Below, one piece after another: positions 14,230 through 28,600 of a stretch of 64,000 nt of DNA. Made by a program: the position numbers and the translations under genes. Origin of the DNA: Schmidtea polychroa (Eukaryota); contig CM097885.1 in the NCBI GenBank assembly GCA_044892525.1, forward strand, positions 2,544,001 to 2,608,000. The letters are read 5' to 3'. The notes under the pieces are model-generated. The model was given only the letters and a program-made list of their open reading frames with translations, did not search any database and had not been told where the DNA came from. The stretch's first letter is position 1; every line of letters begins with the position of its first letter.

Positions 14230-17200
14230 TTCCCTATCTGATATCACTGCATATCTTCCCTATCTGATATCGCTGCCCATATCTTCCCTATCTGATATCA
14301 CTGCCAATATCTTCCCTATCTAATATCGCTGCCCATATCTTCCCTATCTGATATCACTGCCTTACCTTCCCTATCTGATATCACTGCCCATATCTTCCCT
14401 ATCTGACATCACTGCCCATATCTTCCTTATCTGATATCACTGCCCTTAATTTCCCTATCTGATATCACTGCCCATATCTTCCCTATCTGATATCGCTGCC
14501 ATATCTTCCCTATCTGATATCACTGCCCATATCTTCCCTATCTGATATCACTGCCTTACCTTCCCTATCTGATATCACTGCCCATATCTTCCCTATCTGA
14601 CATCACTGCCCATATCTTCCCTGTCTGATATCACTGCCCACATCTTCCCTATCTGATATCACTGCATATCTTCCCTATCTGATATCGCTGCCCATATCTT
14701 CCCTATCTGATATCACTGCATATCTTCCCTATCTGATATCACTGCATATCTTCATTATCTGATATCACTGCCCATATCTTCCCTATCTGACATCACTGCC
14801 CATATCTTCCCTATCTGATATCACTGCCCATATCTTCCCTATCTGATATCACTGCCCATATCTTCCCTATCTGATATCACTGTCCATATCTTCCCTATCT
14901 GATATCACTGCCCACATCTTCCCTATCTGATATCACTGCATATCTTCCCTATCTGATATCGCTGCCCATATCTTCCCTATCTGATATCACTGCCAATATC
15001 TTCCTTATCTGATATCACTGCATATCTTCCCTATCTGATATCGCTGCCCATATCTTCCCTATCTGATATCACTGCCAATATCTTCCCTATCTGATATCAC
15101 TGCATATCTTCCCTATCTGATATCGCTGCCCATATCTTCCCTATCTGATATCGCTGCCCATATCTTCCCTATCTGATATCACTGCCAATATCTTCCCTAT
15201 CTGGTATCACTGCATATCTTCCCTTTCTGATATCACTGCCCATATCTTCCCTATCTGGTATCACTGCCAATATCTTCCCTATCTGATATCACGGCATATC
15301 TTCCCTATCTGATATCACTGCCAATATCTTCCCTATCTGATATCACTGCCTATATCTTCCCTATCTGATATCACTGCATATCTTCCCTATCTGATATCAC
15401 TGCATATCTTCCCTATCTGATATCACTGCCCATATCTTCCCTATCTGATATCACTACATATCTTCCCTATCTGATATCACTCCCCATATCTTCCCTATCT
15501 GATATCGCTGCATATCTTCCCTATCTGATATCACTGCCCATATCTTCTCTATCTGATATCACTGCCCATATCTTCCCTATCTGACATCATTGCCCATACC
15601 TTCCCTATCTGATATCACTGCCCATATCTTCCCTATCTGATATCACTGCCCATATCTTCCTTATCTGATATCACTGCATATCTTCATTATCTGATATCAC
15701 TGCCCATATCTTCCCTATCTGATATCGCTGCCCATATCTTCCCTATCTGATATCACTGCATATCTTCCCTATCTGATATCACTGCCAATATCTTCCCTAT
15801 CTGATATCACTGCCCATATCTTCCCTATCTGATATCACTGCCCATATCTTCCCTATCTGATATGACTGCATATCTTCCCTATCTGATATCGCTGCCCATA
15901 TCTTCCCTATCTGATATCACTGCCTATATCTTCCCTATCTGATATCGCTGCCCATATCTTCCCTATCTGATATCGCTGCCCATATCTTCCCTATCTGATA
16001 TCACTGCCCATATCTTCCCTATCTGATATCACTGCCTTACCTTCCCTATCTGATATCACTGCCCATATCTTCCCTATCTGATATCGCTGCCCATATCTTC
16101 CCTATCTGATATCACTGCCCATATCTTCCCTATCTGATATCACTGCCATACCTTCCCTATCTGATATCACTGCCCATATCTTCCCTATCTGACATCACTG
16201 CCCATATCTTCCCTGTCTGATATCACTACCCACATCTTCCCTATCTGATATCACTGCATATCTTCCCTATCTAATATCGCGGCCCATATCTTCCCTATCT
16301 GATATCGCTGCCCATATCTTCCCTATCTGATATCGCTGCCCATATCTTCCCTATCTGATATCACTGTCCATATCTTCCCTATCTGATATCGCTGCCCATA
16401 TCTTCCCTATCTGATATCACTGCATATCTTCCCTTTCTGATATCGCTGCCCATATCTTCCCTATCTGATATCACTGCCAATATCTTCCCTATCTAATATC
16501 GCTGCCCATATCTTCCCTATCTGATATCACTGCCTTACCTTCCCTATCTGATATCACTGCCGATATCTTCCCTATCTGACATCACTGCCCATATCTTCCT
16601 TATCTGATATCACTGCCCTTAATTTCCCTATCTGATATCACTGCCCATATCTTCCCTATCTGATATCGCTGCCATATCTTCCCTATCTGATATCACTGCC
16701 CATATCTTCCCTATCTGATATCACTGCCTTACCTTCCCTATCTGATATCACTGCCCATATCTTCCCTATCTGACATCACTGCCCATATCTTCCCTGTCTG
16801 ATATCACTGCCCACATCTTCCCTATCTGATATCACTGCATATCTTCCCTATCTGATATCGCTGCCCATATCTTCCCTATCTGATATCACTGCATATCTTC
16901 CCTATCTGATATCACTGCATATCTTCATTATCTGATATCACTGCCCATATCTTCCCTATCTGACATCACTGCCCATATCTTCCCTATCTGATATCACTGC
17001 CCATATCTTCCCTATCTGATATCACTGCCCATATCTTCCCTATCTGATATCACTGTCCATATCTTCCCTATCTGATATCACTGCCCACATCTTCCCTATC
17101 TGATATCACTGCATATCTTCCCTATCTGATATCGCTGCCCATATCTTCCCTATCTGATATCACTGCCAATATCTTCCTTATCTGATATCACTGCATATCT

Positions 17201-18470
17201 TCCCTATCTGATATCGCTGCCCATATCTTCCCTATCTGATATCACTGCCAATATCTTCCCTATCTGATATCACTGCATATCTTCCCTATCTGATATCGCT
17301 GCCCATATCTTCCCTATCTGATATCGCTGCCCATATCTTCCCTATCTGATATCACTGCCAATATCTTCCCTATCTGGTATCACTGCATATCTTCCCTTTC
17401 TGATATCACTGCCCATATCTTCCCTATCTGGTATCACTGCCAATATCTTCCCTATCTGATATCACGGCATATCTTCCCTATCTGATATCACTGCCAATAT
17501 CTTCCCTATCTGATATCACTGCCTATATCTTCCCTATCTGATATCACTGCATATCTTCCCTATCTGATATCACTGCATATCTTCCCTATCTGATATCACT
17601 GCCCATATCTTCCCTATCTGATATCACTACATATCTTCCCTATCTGATATCACTCCCCATATCTTCCCTATCTGATATCGCTGCATATCTTCCCTATCTG
17701 ATATCACTGCCCATATCTTCTCTATCTGATATCACTGCCCATATCTTCCCTATCTGACATCACTGCCCATATCTTCCCTATCTGATATCACTGCCCATAT
17801 CTTCCCTATCTGATATCACTGCCCATATCTTCCTTATCTGATATCACTGCATATCTTCATTATCTGATATCACTGCCCATATCTTCCCTATCTGATATCG
17901 CTGCCCATATCTTCCCTATCTGATATCACTGCATATCTTCCCTATCTGATATCACTGCCAATATCTTCCCTATCTGATATCACTGCCCATATCTTCCCTA
18001 TCTGATATCACTGCCCATATCTTCCCTATCTGATATGACTGCATATCTTCCCTATCTGATATCGCTGCCCATATCTTCCCTATCTGATATCACTGCCTAT
18101 ATCTTCCCTATCTGATATCGCTGCCCATATCTTCCCTATCTGATATCGCTGCCCATATCTTCCCTATCTGATATCACTGCCCATATCTTCCCTATCTGAT
18201 ATCACTGCCTTACCTTCCCTATCTGATATCACTGCCCATATCTTCCCTATCTGATATCGCTGCCCATATCTTCCCTATCTGATATCACTGCCCATATCTT
18301 CCCTATCTGATATCACTGCCATACCTTCCCTATCTGATATCACTGCCCATATCTTCCCTATCTGACATCACTGCCCATATCTTCCCTGTCTGATATCACT
18401 ACCCACATCTTCCCTATCTGATATCACTGCATATCTTCCCTATCTAATATCGCGGCCCATATCTTCCCTA
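14230..18470 (+). repeat. Tandem duplication with 2,173-bp period (approximate ends)
   Basis: TAATATCGCT 14321/16494; TATGAC 15861/18034; CGCGGCCC 16278/18451. Confidence 0.88.
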
Positions 18471-19680
18471 TCTGATATCACTGCATATCTTCCCTATCTG
18501 ATATCGCTGCCCATATCTTCCCTATCTGATATCGCTGCCCATATCTTCCCTATCTGATATCACTGCCAATATCTTCCCTATCTGGTATCACTGCATATCT
18601 TCCCTTTCTGATATCACTGCCAATATCTTCCCTATCTGGTATCACTGCCAATATCTTCCCTATCTGATATCACGGCATATCTTCCCTATCTGATATCACT
18701 GCCAATATCTTCCCTATCTGATATCACTGCCTATATCTTCCCTATCTGATATCACTGCATATCTTCCCTATCTGATATCACTGCATATCTTCCCTATCTG
18801 ATATCACTGCCCATATCTTCCCTATCTGATATCACTACATATCTTCCCTATCTGATATCACTCCCCATATCTTCCCTATCTGATATCGCTGCATATCTTC
18901 CCTATCTGATATCACTGCCCATATCTTCTCTATCTGATATCACTGCCCATATCTTCCCTATCTGACATCACTGCCCATATCTTCCCTATCTGATATCACT
19001 GCCCATATCTTCCCTATCTGATATCACTGCCCATATCTTCCTTATCTGATATCACTGCATATCTTCATTATCTGATATCACTGCCCATATCTTCCCTATC
19101 TGATATCGCTGCCCATATCTTCCCTATCTGATATCACTGCATATCTTCCCTATCTGATATCACTGCCAATATCTTCCCTATCTGATATCACTGCCCATAT
19201 CTTCCCTATCTGATATCACTGCCCATATCTTCCCTATCTGATATGACTGCATATCTTCCCTATCTGATATCGCTGCCCATATCTTCCCTATCTGATATCA
19301 CTGCCTATATCTTCCCTATCTGATATCGCTGCCCATATCTTCCCTATCTGATATCGCTGCCCATATCTTCCCTATCTGATATCACTGCCCATATCTTCCC
19401 TATCTGATATCACTGCCTTACCTTCCCTATCTGATATCACTGCCCATATCTTCCCTATCTGATATCGCTGCCCATATCTTCCCTATCTGATATCACTGCC
19501 CATATCTTCCCTATCTGATATCACTGCCATACCTTCCCTATCTGATATCACTGCCCATATCTTCCCTATCTGACATCACTGCCCATATCTTCCCTGTCTG
19601 ATATCACTACCCACATCTTCCCTATCTGATATCACTGCATATCTTCCCTATCTAATATCGCGGCCCATATCTTCCCTATC
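17270..19680 (+). repeat. Tandem duplication with 1,208-bp period (approximate ends)
   Basis: TATGAC 18034/19242; CGCGGCCC 18451/19659; CTCCCC 17653/18861. Confidence 0.85.
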
Positions 19681-22600
19681 TGATATCGCTGCCCATATCT
19701 TCCCTATCTGATATCGCTGCCCATATCTTCCCTATCTGATATCACTGTCCATATCTTCCCTATCTGATATCGCTGCCCATATCTTCCCTATCTGATATCA
19801 CTGCATATCTTACCTTTCTGATATCACTGCCCATATCTTCCCTATCTGATATCACTGCCCATATCCTCCCTATCTGATATCACTGCCCATATCTTCCCTA
19901 TCTGACATCACTGCCCATATCTTCCTATCTGATATCACTGCCCATATCTTCCCTATCTGATATCACTGCCCATATCTTCCCTATCTGATATCACTGCATA
20001 TCTTCCCTATCTGATATCACTGCCCATATCTTTCCTATCTGATATCACTGCCCATATCTTCCCTATCTGATATCACTGCATATCTTCCCTATCTGATATC
20101 ACTGCATATCTTCCCTATCTGATATCACTGCCCATATCTTCCCTATCTGATATCACTGCCCATATCTTCCCTATCTGATATCGCTGCCCATATCTTCCCT
20201 ATCTGATATCGCTGCCCATATCTTCCCTATCTCATATCACTGTCCATATCTTCCTTATCTGATATCGCTGCCCATATCTTCCCTATCTGGTATCACTGCC
20301 AATATCTTCCCTATCTGATATCACTGCATATCTTCCCTATCTGATATCGCTGCCCATATCTTCCCTATCTGATATGACTGCCAATATCTTCCCTATCTGA
20401 TATCACTGCATATCTTCCCTATCTGATATCGCTGCCCATATCTTCCCTATCTGATATCGCTGCCCATATCTTCCCTATCTGATATCACGGCCTATATCTT
20501 CCCTATCTGATATCACTGCATATCTTCCCTATCTTATATCACTGCCCATATCTTCCCTATCTGATATCAGAGCAAATCTTCCTTATCTGATATCACTGCC
20601 CATATCTTCCCTATCTGATATCGCTGCCCATATCTTCTTTCTCTGGTATTACTGCCCATATCTTCCCTATCTGATATCAGAGCAAATCTTCCTTATCTGA
20701 TATCATTGCCCATATCTTCCCTATCTGATATCACTGCCCATATCTTCCCTATCTGATATCACTGCATATCTTCCCTATCTGATATCACTGCCCATATCTT
20801 CCCCATCTGATATCACTGCCCATATCTTCCCTATCTGACATCACTGCCCATACCTTCCCTATCTGATATCACTGCCCATATCTTCCCTATCTGATATAAC
20901 AGTCCATATCTTCCCTATCTGATATCACTGCATATCTTCATTATCTGATATCACTGCCCATATCTTCCTTATCTGAATAACTGCCCATATCTTCCCTATC
21001 TGATATCACTGCCAATATCTTCCCTATCTTATATCACTGCCCATATCTTCCCTATCTGATATCACTGCCCATATCTTCCCTATCTGATATCACTGCCCAT
21101 ATCTTCCCTATCTGATATCACTGCATATCTTCATTATCTGATATCACTGCCCATATCTTCCCTATCTGACATCACTGCCCATATCTTCCCTATCTGATAT
21201 CACTGCCCATATCTTCCCTATCTGATATCACTGCCCTTAATTTCCCTATCTTATATCACTGCCCTTATCTTCCCTATCTGATATCACTGCATATCTTCCC
21301 TATCTGATATCACTGCCCATATCTTCCCTATCTGATTTCACTACCCATATCTTCCCTATCTGATATCACTGCATATCTTCCCTATCTGATATCACTGCCC
21401 ATATCTTCCCTATCTGATATCACTACCCATATCTTCCCTATCTGATATCACTGCTCATATCTTCCCTATCTGATATCACTGCAAATCTTCCCTATCTGAC
21501 ATCACTGCCCATATCTTCCCTATCTGATATCACTGCCCATATCTTCCCTATCTGACATCACTGCCCATATCTTCCCTATATGATATCACTGCCCATGTCT
21601 TCCTTATCTGACATCACTGCCCATATCTTCCCTATCTGATATCAATGCATATCTTCCCTATCTGATATCACTGCAAATCTTCCCTATCTGATATCACTGC
21701 CCATATCTTCCCTATCTGACATCACTGCCCATATCTTCCCTATCTGATATCACTGCCCATATCTTCCCTATCTGACATCACTGCCCATATCTTCCTTATC
21801 TGATATCACTGCCCATATCTTCCCTATCTGATATCACTGCCCATATCTTCCTTATCTGATATCACTGCCCATATCTTCCCTATCTGATATCACTGCCCAT
21901 ATCTTCCCTATCTGATATCACTGCCCATATCTTCCCTATCTGATATCACTGCCCATATCTTCCCTATCTGATATTGCTGCCCATATCTTCCCTATCTGAT
22001 ATTGCTGCCCATATCTTCCCTATCTGATATCACTGCCCATATCTTCCCTATCTGATATCGCTGCCCATATCTTCCCTATCTGATATCACTGCCCATATCT
22101 TCTCTATCTGATATCACTGCATATCTTCCCTATCTGATATCGCTGCCCATATCTCCCCTATCTGATATCACTGCCAATATCTTCCCTATCTGATATCACT
22201 GCATATCTTCCCTATCTGATATCGCTGCCCATATCTTCCCTTTCTGATATCACTGCCATTATCTTCCCTATCTGATATCACTGCCCTTAATTTCCCTATC
22301 TTATATCACTGCCCTTATCTTCCCTATCTGGTATCACTGCCAATATCTTCCCTATCTGGTATCACTGCATATCTTCCCTTTCTGATATCACTGCCCATAT
22401 CTTCCCTATCTGATATCGCTGCCCATATCTTCCCTATCTGATATCACTGCATATCTTCCCTATCTGATATCACTGCATATCTTCATTATCTGATATCACT
22501 GCCCATATCTTCCCTATCTGACATCACTGCCCATATCTTCCCTATCTGATATCACTGCCAATATCTTCCCTATCTGATATCACTGCATATCTTCCCTATC

Positions 22601-25600
22601 TGATATCGCTGCCCATATCTTCCCTATCTGATATCGCTGCCCATATCTTCCCTATCTGATATCACTGCCAATATCTTCCCTATCTGGTATCACTGCATAT
22701 CTTCCCTTTCTGATATCACTGCCCATATCTTCCCTATCTGGTATCACTGCCAATATCTTCCCTATCTGACATCACTGCCCATATCTTCCCTATCTGATAT
22801 CACTGCCAATATCTTCCCTATCTGATATCACTGCATATCTTCCCTATCTGATATCGCTGCCCATATCTTCCCTATCTGATATCGCTGCCCATATCTTCCC
22901 TATCTGATATCACTGCCAATATCTTCCCTATCTGGTATCACTGCATATCTTCCCTTTCTGATATCACTGCCCAGATCTTCCCTATCTGGTATCACTGCCA
23001 ATATCTTCCCTATCTGATATCACGGCATATCTTCCCTATCTGATATCACTGCCAATATCTTCCCTATCTGATATCACTGCCTATATCTTCCCTATCTGAT
23101 ATCACTGCATATCTTCCCTATCTGATATCACTGCATATCTTCCCTATCTGATATCACTGCCCATATCTTCCCTATCTGATATCACTACATATCTTCCCTA
23201 TCTGATATCACTCCCCATATCTTCCCTATCTGATATCGCTGCATATCTTCCCTATCTGATATCACTGCCCATATCTTCTCTATCTGATATCACTGCCCAT
23301 ATCTTCCCTATCTGACATCATTGCCCATACCTTCCCTATCTGATATCACTGCCCATATCTTCCCTATCTGATATCACTGCCCATATCTTCCTTATCTGAT
23401 ATCACTGCATATCTTCATTATCTGATATCACTGCCCATATCTTCCCTATCTGATATCGCTGCCCATATCTTCCCTATCTGATATCACTGCATATCTTCCC
23501 TATCTGATATCACTGCCAATATCTTCCCTATCTGATATCACTGCCCATATCTTCCCTATCTGATATCACTGCCCATATCTTCCCTATCTGATATGACTGC
23601 ATATCTTCCCTATCTGATATCGCTGCCCATATCTTCCCTATCTGATATCACTGCCTATATCTTCCCTATCTGATATCGCTGCCCATATCTTCCCTATCTG
23701 ATATCGCTGCCCATATCTTCCCTATCTGATATCACTGCCCATATCTTCCCTATCTGATATCACTGCCTTACCTTCCCTATCTGATATCACTGCCCATATC
23801 TTCCCTATCTGATATCGCTGCCCATATCTTCCCTATCTGATATCACTGCCCATATCTTCCCTATCTGATATCACTGCCATACCTTCCCTATCTGATATCA
23901 CTGCCCATATCTTCCCTATCTGACATCACTGCCCATATCTTCCCTGTCTGATATCACTACCCACATCTTCCCTATCTGATATCAGTGCATATCTTCCCTA
24001 TCTAATATCGCGGCCCATATCTTCCCTATCTGATATCGCTGCCCATATCTTCCCTATCTCATATCGCTGCCCATATCTTCCCTATCTGATATCACTGTCC
24101 ATATCTTCCCTATCTGATATCGCTGCCCATATCTTCCCTATCTGATATCACTGCATATCTTCCCTTTCTGATATCACTGCCCATATCTTCCCTATCTGAT
24201 ATCACTGCCCATATCCTCCCTATCTGATATCACTGCCCATATCTTCCTTATCTGACATCACTGCCCATATCTTCCTATCTGATATCACTGCCCATATCTT
24301 CCCTATCTGATATCACTGCCCATATCTTCCCTATCTGATATCACTGCATATCTTACCTATCTGATATCACTGCCCATATCTTTCCTATCTGATATCACTG
24401 CCCATATCTTCCCTATCTGATATCACTGCATATCTTCCCTATCTGATATCACTGCATATCTTCCCTATCTGATATCACTGCCCATATCTTCCCTATCTGA
24501 TATCACTGCCCATATCTTCCCTATCTGATATCGCTGCCCATATCTTCCCTATCTGATATCGCTGCCCATATCTTCCCTATCTCATATCACTGTCCATATC
24601 TTCCTTATCTGATATCGCTGCCCATATCTTCCCTATCTGGTATCACTGCCAATATCTTCCCTATCTGATATCACTGCATATCTTCCCTATCTGATATCGC
24701 TGCCCATATCTTCCCTATCTGATATGACTGCCAATATCTTCCCTATCTGATATCACTGCATATCTTCCCTATCTGATATCGCTGCCCATATCTTCCCTAT
24801 CTGATATCGCTGCCCATATCTTCCCTATCTGATATCACGGCCTATATCTTCCCTATCTGATATCACTGCATATCTTCCCTATCTTATATCACTGCCCATT
24901 TCTTCCCTATCTGATATCAGAGCAAATCTTCCTTATCTGATATCACTGCCCATATCTTCCCTATCTGATATCGCTGCCCATATCTTCTTTCTCTGGTATC
25001 ACTGCCCATATCTTCCCTATCTGATATCAGAGCAAATCTTCCTTATCTGATATCATTGCCCATATCTTCCCTATCTGATATCACTGCCCATATCTTCCCT
25101 ATCTGATATCACTGCATATCTTCCCTATCTGATATCACTGCCCATATCTTCCCCATCTGATATCACTGCCCATATCTTCCCTATCTGACATCACTGCCCA
25201 TACCTTCCCTATCTGATATCACTGCCCATATCTTCCCTATCTGATATAACAGTCCATATCTTCCCTATCTGATATCACTGCATATCTTCATTATCTGATA
25301 TCACTGCCCATATCTTCCTTATCTGATATCACTGCCCATATCTTCCCTATCTGATATCACTGCCCATATCTTCCCTATCTGATATCACTGCCCATATCTT
25401 CCCTATCTGATATCACTGCATATCTTCATTATCTGATATCACTGCCCATATCTTCCCTATCTGACATCACTGCCCATATCTTCCCTATCTGATATCACTG
25501 CCCATATCTTCCCTATCTGATATCACTGCATATCTTCCCTATCTGATATCACTGCCCATATCTTCCCTATCTGATTTCACTACCCATATCTTCCCTATCT

Positions 25601-28600
25601 GTTATCACTGCATATCTTCCCTATCTGATATCACTGCCCATATCCTCCCTATCTGATATCACTACCCATATCTTCCCTATCTGATATCACTGCTCATATC
25701 TTCCCTATCTGATATCACTGCAAATCTTCCCTATCTGACATCACTGCCCATATCTTCCCTATCTGATATCACTGCCCATATCTTCCCTATCTGACATCAC
25801 TGCCCATATCTTCCCTATATGATATCACTGCCCATGTCTTCCTTATCTGACATCACTGCCCATATCTTCCCTATCTGATATCACTGCATATCTTCCCTAT
25901 CTGATATCACTGCAAATCTTCCCTATCTGATATCACTGCCCATATCTTCCCTATCTGACATCACTGCCCATATCTTCCCTATCTGATATCACTGCCCATA
26001 TCTTCCCTATCTGACATCACTGCCCATATCTTCCTTATCTGATATCACTGCCCATATCTTCCCTATCTGATATCACTGCCATTATCTTCCTTATCTGATA
26101 TCACTGCAAATCTTCCCTATCTGATATCACTGCCCATATCTTCCCTATCTGACATCACTGCCCATATCTTCCCTATCTGATATCACTGCCCATATCTTCC
26201 CTATCTGATATCACTGCCCATATCTTCCCTATCTGATATCACTGCCCATATCTTCCCTATCTGATATTGCTGCCCATATCTTCCCTATCTGATATTGCTG
26301 CCCATATCTTCCCTATCTGATATCACTGCCCATATCTTCCCTATCTGATATCGCTGCCCATATCTTCCCTATCTGATATCACTGCCCATATCTTCTCTAT
26401 CTGATATCACTGCATATCTTCCCTATCTGATATCGCTGCCCATATCTCCCCTATCTGATATCACTGCCAATATCTTCCCTATCTGATATCACTGCATATC
26501 TTCCCTATCTGATATCGCTGCCCATATCTTCCCTTTCTGATATCACTGCCATTATCTTCCCTATCTGATATCACTGCCCTTAATTTCCCTATCTTATATC
26601 ACTGCCCTTATCTTCCCTATCTGGTATCACTGCCAATATCTTCCCTATCTGGTATCACTGCATATCTTCCCTTTCTGATATCACTGCCCATATCTTCCCT
26701 ATCTGATATCGCTGCCCATATCTTCCCTATCTGATATCACTGCATATCTTCCCTATCTGATATCACTGCATATCTTCATTATCTGATATCACTGCCCATA
26801 TCTTCCCTATCTGACATCACTGCCCATATCTTCCCTATCTGATATCACTGCCCATATCTTCCCTATCTGATATCACTGCCCATATCTTCCCTATCTGATA
26901 TCACTGTCCATATCTTCCCTATCTGATATCACTGCCCACATCTTCCCTATCTGATATCACTGCATATCTTCCCTATCTGATATCGCTGCCCATATCTTCC
27001 CTATCTGATATCACTGCCAATATCTTCCTTATCTGATATCACTGCATATCTTCCCTATCTGATATCGCTGCCCATATCTTCCCTATCTGATATCACTGCC
27101 AATATCTTCCCTATCTGATATCACTGCATATCTTCCCTATCTGATATCGCTGCCCATATCTTCCCTTTCTGATATCGCTGCCCATATCTTCCCTATCTGA
27201 TATCACTGCCAATATCTTCCCTATCTGGTATCACTGCATATCTTCCCTTTCTGATATCACTGCCCATATCTTCCCTATTTGATATCACTGTCCATATCTT
27301 CCCTATCTGATATCGCTGCCCATATCTTCCCTATCTGATATCACTGCCAATATCTTCCTTATCTGATATCACTGCATATCTTCCCTATCTGATATCGCTG
27401 CCCATATCTTCCCTATCTGATATCACTGCCAATATCTTCCCTATCTGATATCACTGCATATCTTCCCTATCTGATATCGCTGCCCATATCTTCCCTATCT
27501 GATATCGCTGCCCATATCTTCCCTATCTGATATCACTGCCAATATCTTCCCTATCTGGTATCACTGCATATCTTCCCTTTCTGATATCACTGCCCATATC
27601 TTCCCTATCTGGTATCACTGCCAATATCTTCCCTATCTGATATCAGAGCAAATCTTCCCTATCTGATATCAATGCCCATATCTTCCCTATCTGATATCAC
27701 TGCCCTTAATTTCCCTATCTTATATCACTGCCCTTATCTTCCCTATCTGGTATCACTGCCAATATCTTCCCTATCTGATATCAGAGCAAATCTTCCCTAT
27801 CTGATATCAGAGCAAATCTTCCTTATCTGATATCACAGCCCATATCTTCCCTATCTGATATCGCTGCCCATATCTTCTCTCTCTGGTATCACTGCCCATA
27901 TCTTCCCTATCTGATATCACTGCCCATATCTTCCCTATCTGATATCGCTGCCCATATCTTCCCTATCTGATATCACTGCATATCTTCCCTATCTGATATC
28001 ACTGCCAATATCTTCCCTATCTGATATCACTGCCTATATCTTCCCTATCTGATATCACTGCATATCTTCCCTATCTGATATCACTGCCCATATCTTCCCT
28101 ATCTGATATCACTGCATATCTTCCCTATCTGATATCACTGCCCATATCTTTCCTATCTGATATCACTGCCCATATCTTTCCTATCTGATATCACTGCCCA
28201 TATCTTCCCTATCTGATATCACTGCCCATATCTTCCCTATCTGATATCACTGCATATCTTCCCTATCTGATATCACTGCATATCTTCCCTATCTGATATC
28301 ACTGCCCATATCTTCCCTACCTGATATCACTGCCCATATCTTCCCTATCTGCTATCGCTGCCCATATCTTCCCTATCTGATATCGCTGCCCATATCTTCC
28401 CTATTTGATATCACTGTCCATATCTTCCCTATCTGATATCGCTGCCCATATCTTCCCTACCTGATATCACTGCCAATATCTTCCTTATCTGATATCACTG
28501 CATATCTTCCCTATCTGATATCGCTGCCCATATCTTCCCTATCTGATATCACTGCATATCTTCCCTATCTGATATCGCTGCCCATATCTTCCCTATCTGA

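Noticed and set aside
15201..15210. GGTATCA variant resembling a SIX-family homeodomain site
   Set aside because: A single A-to-G change in the monomer produces this short motif by chance, and there is no supporting evidence.
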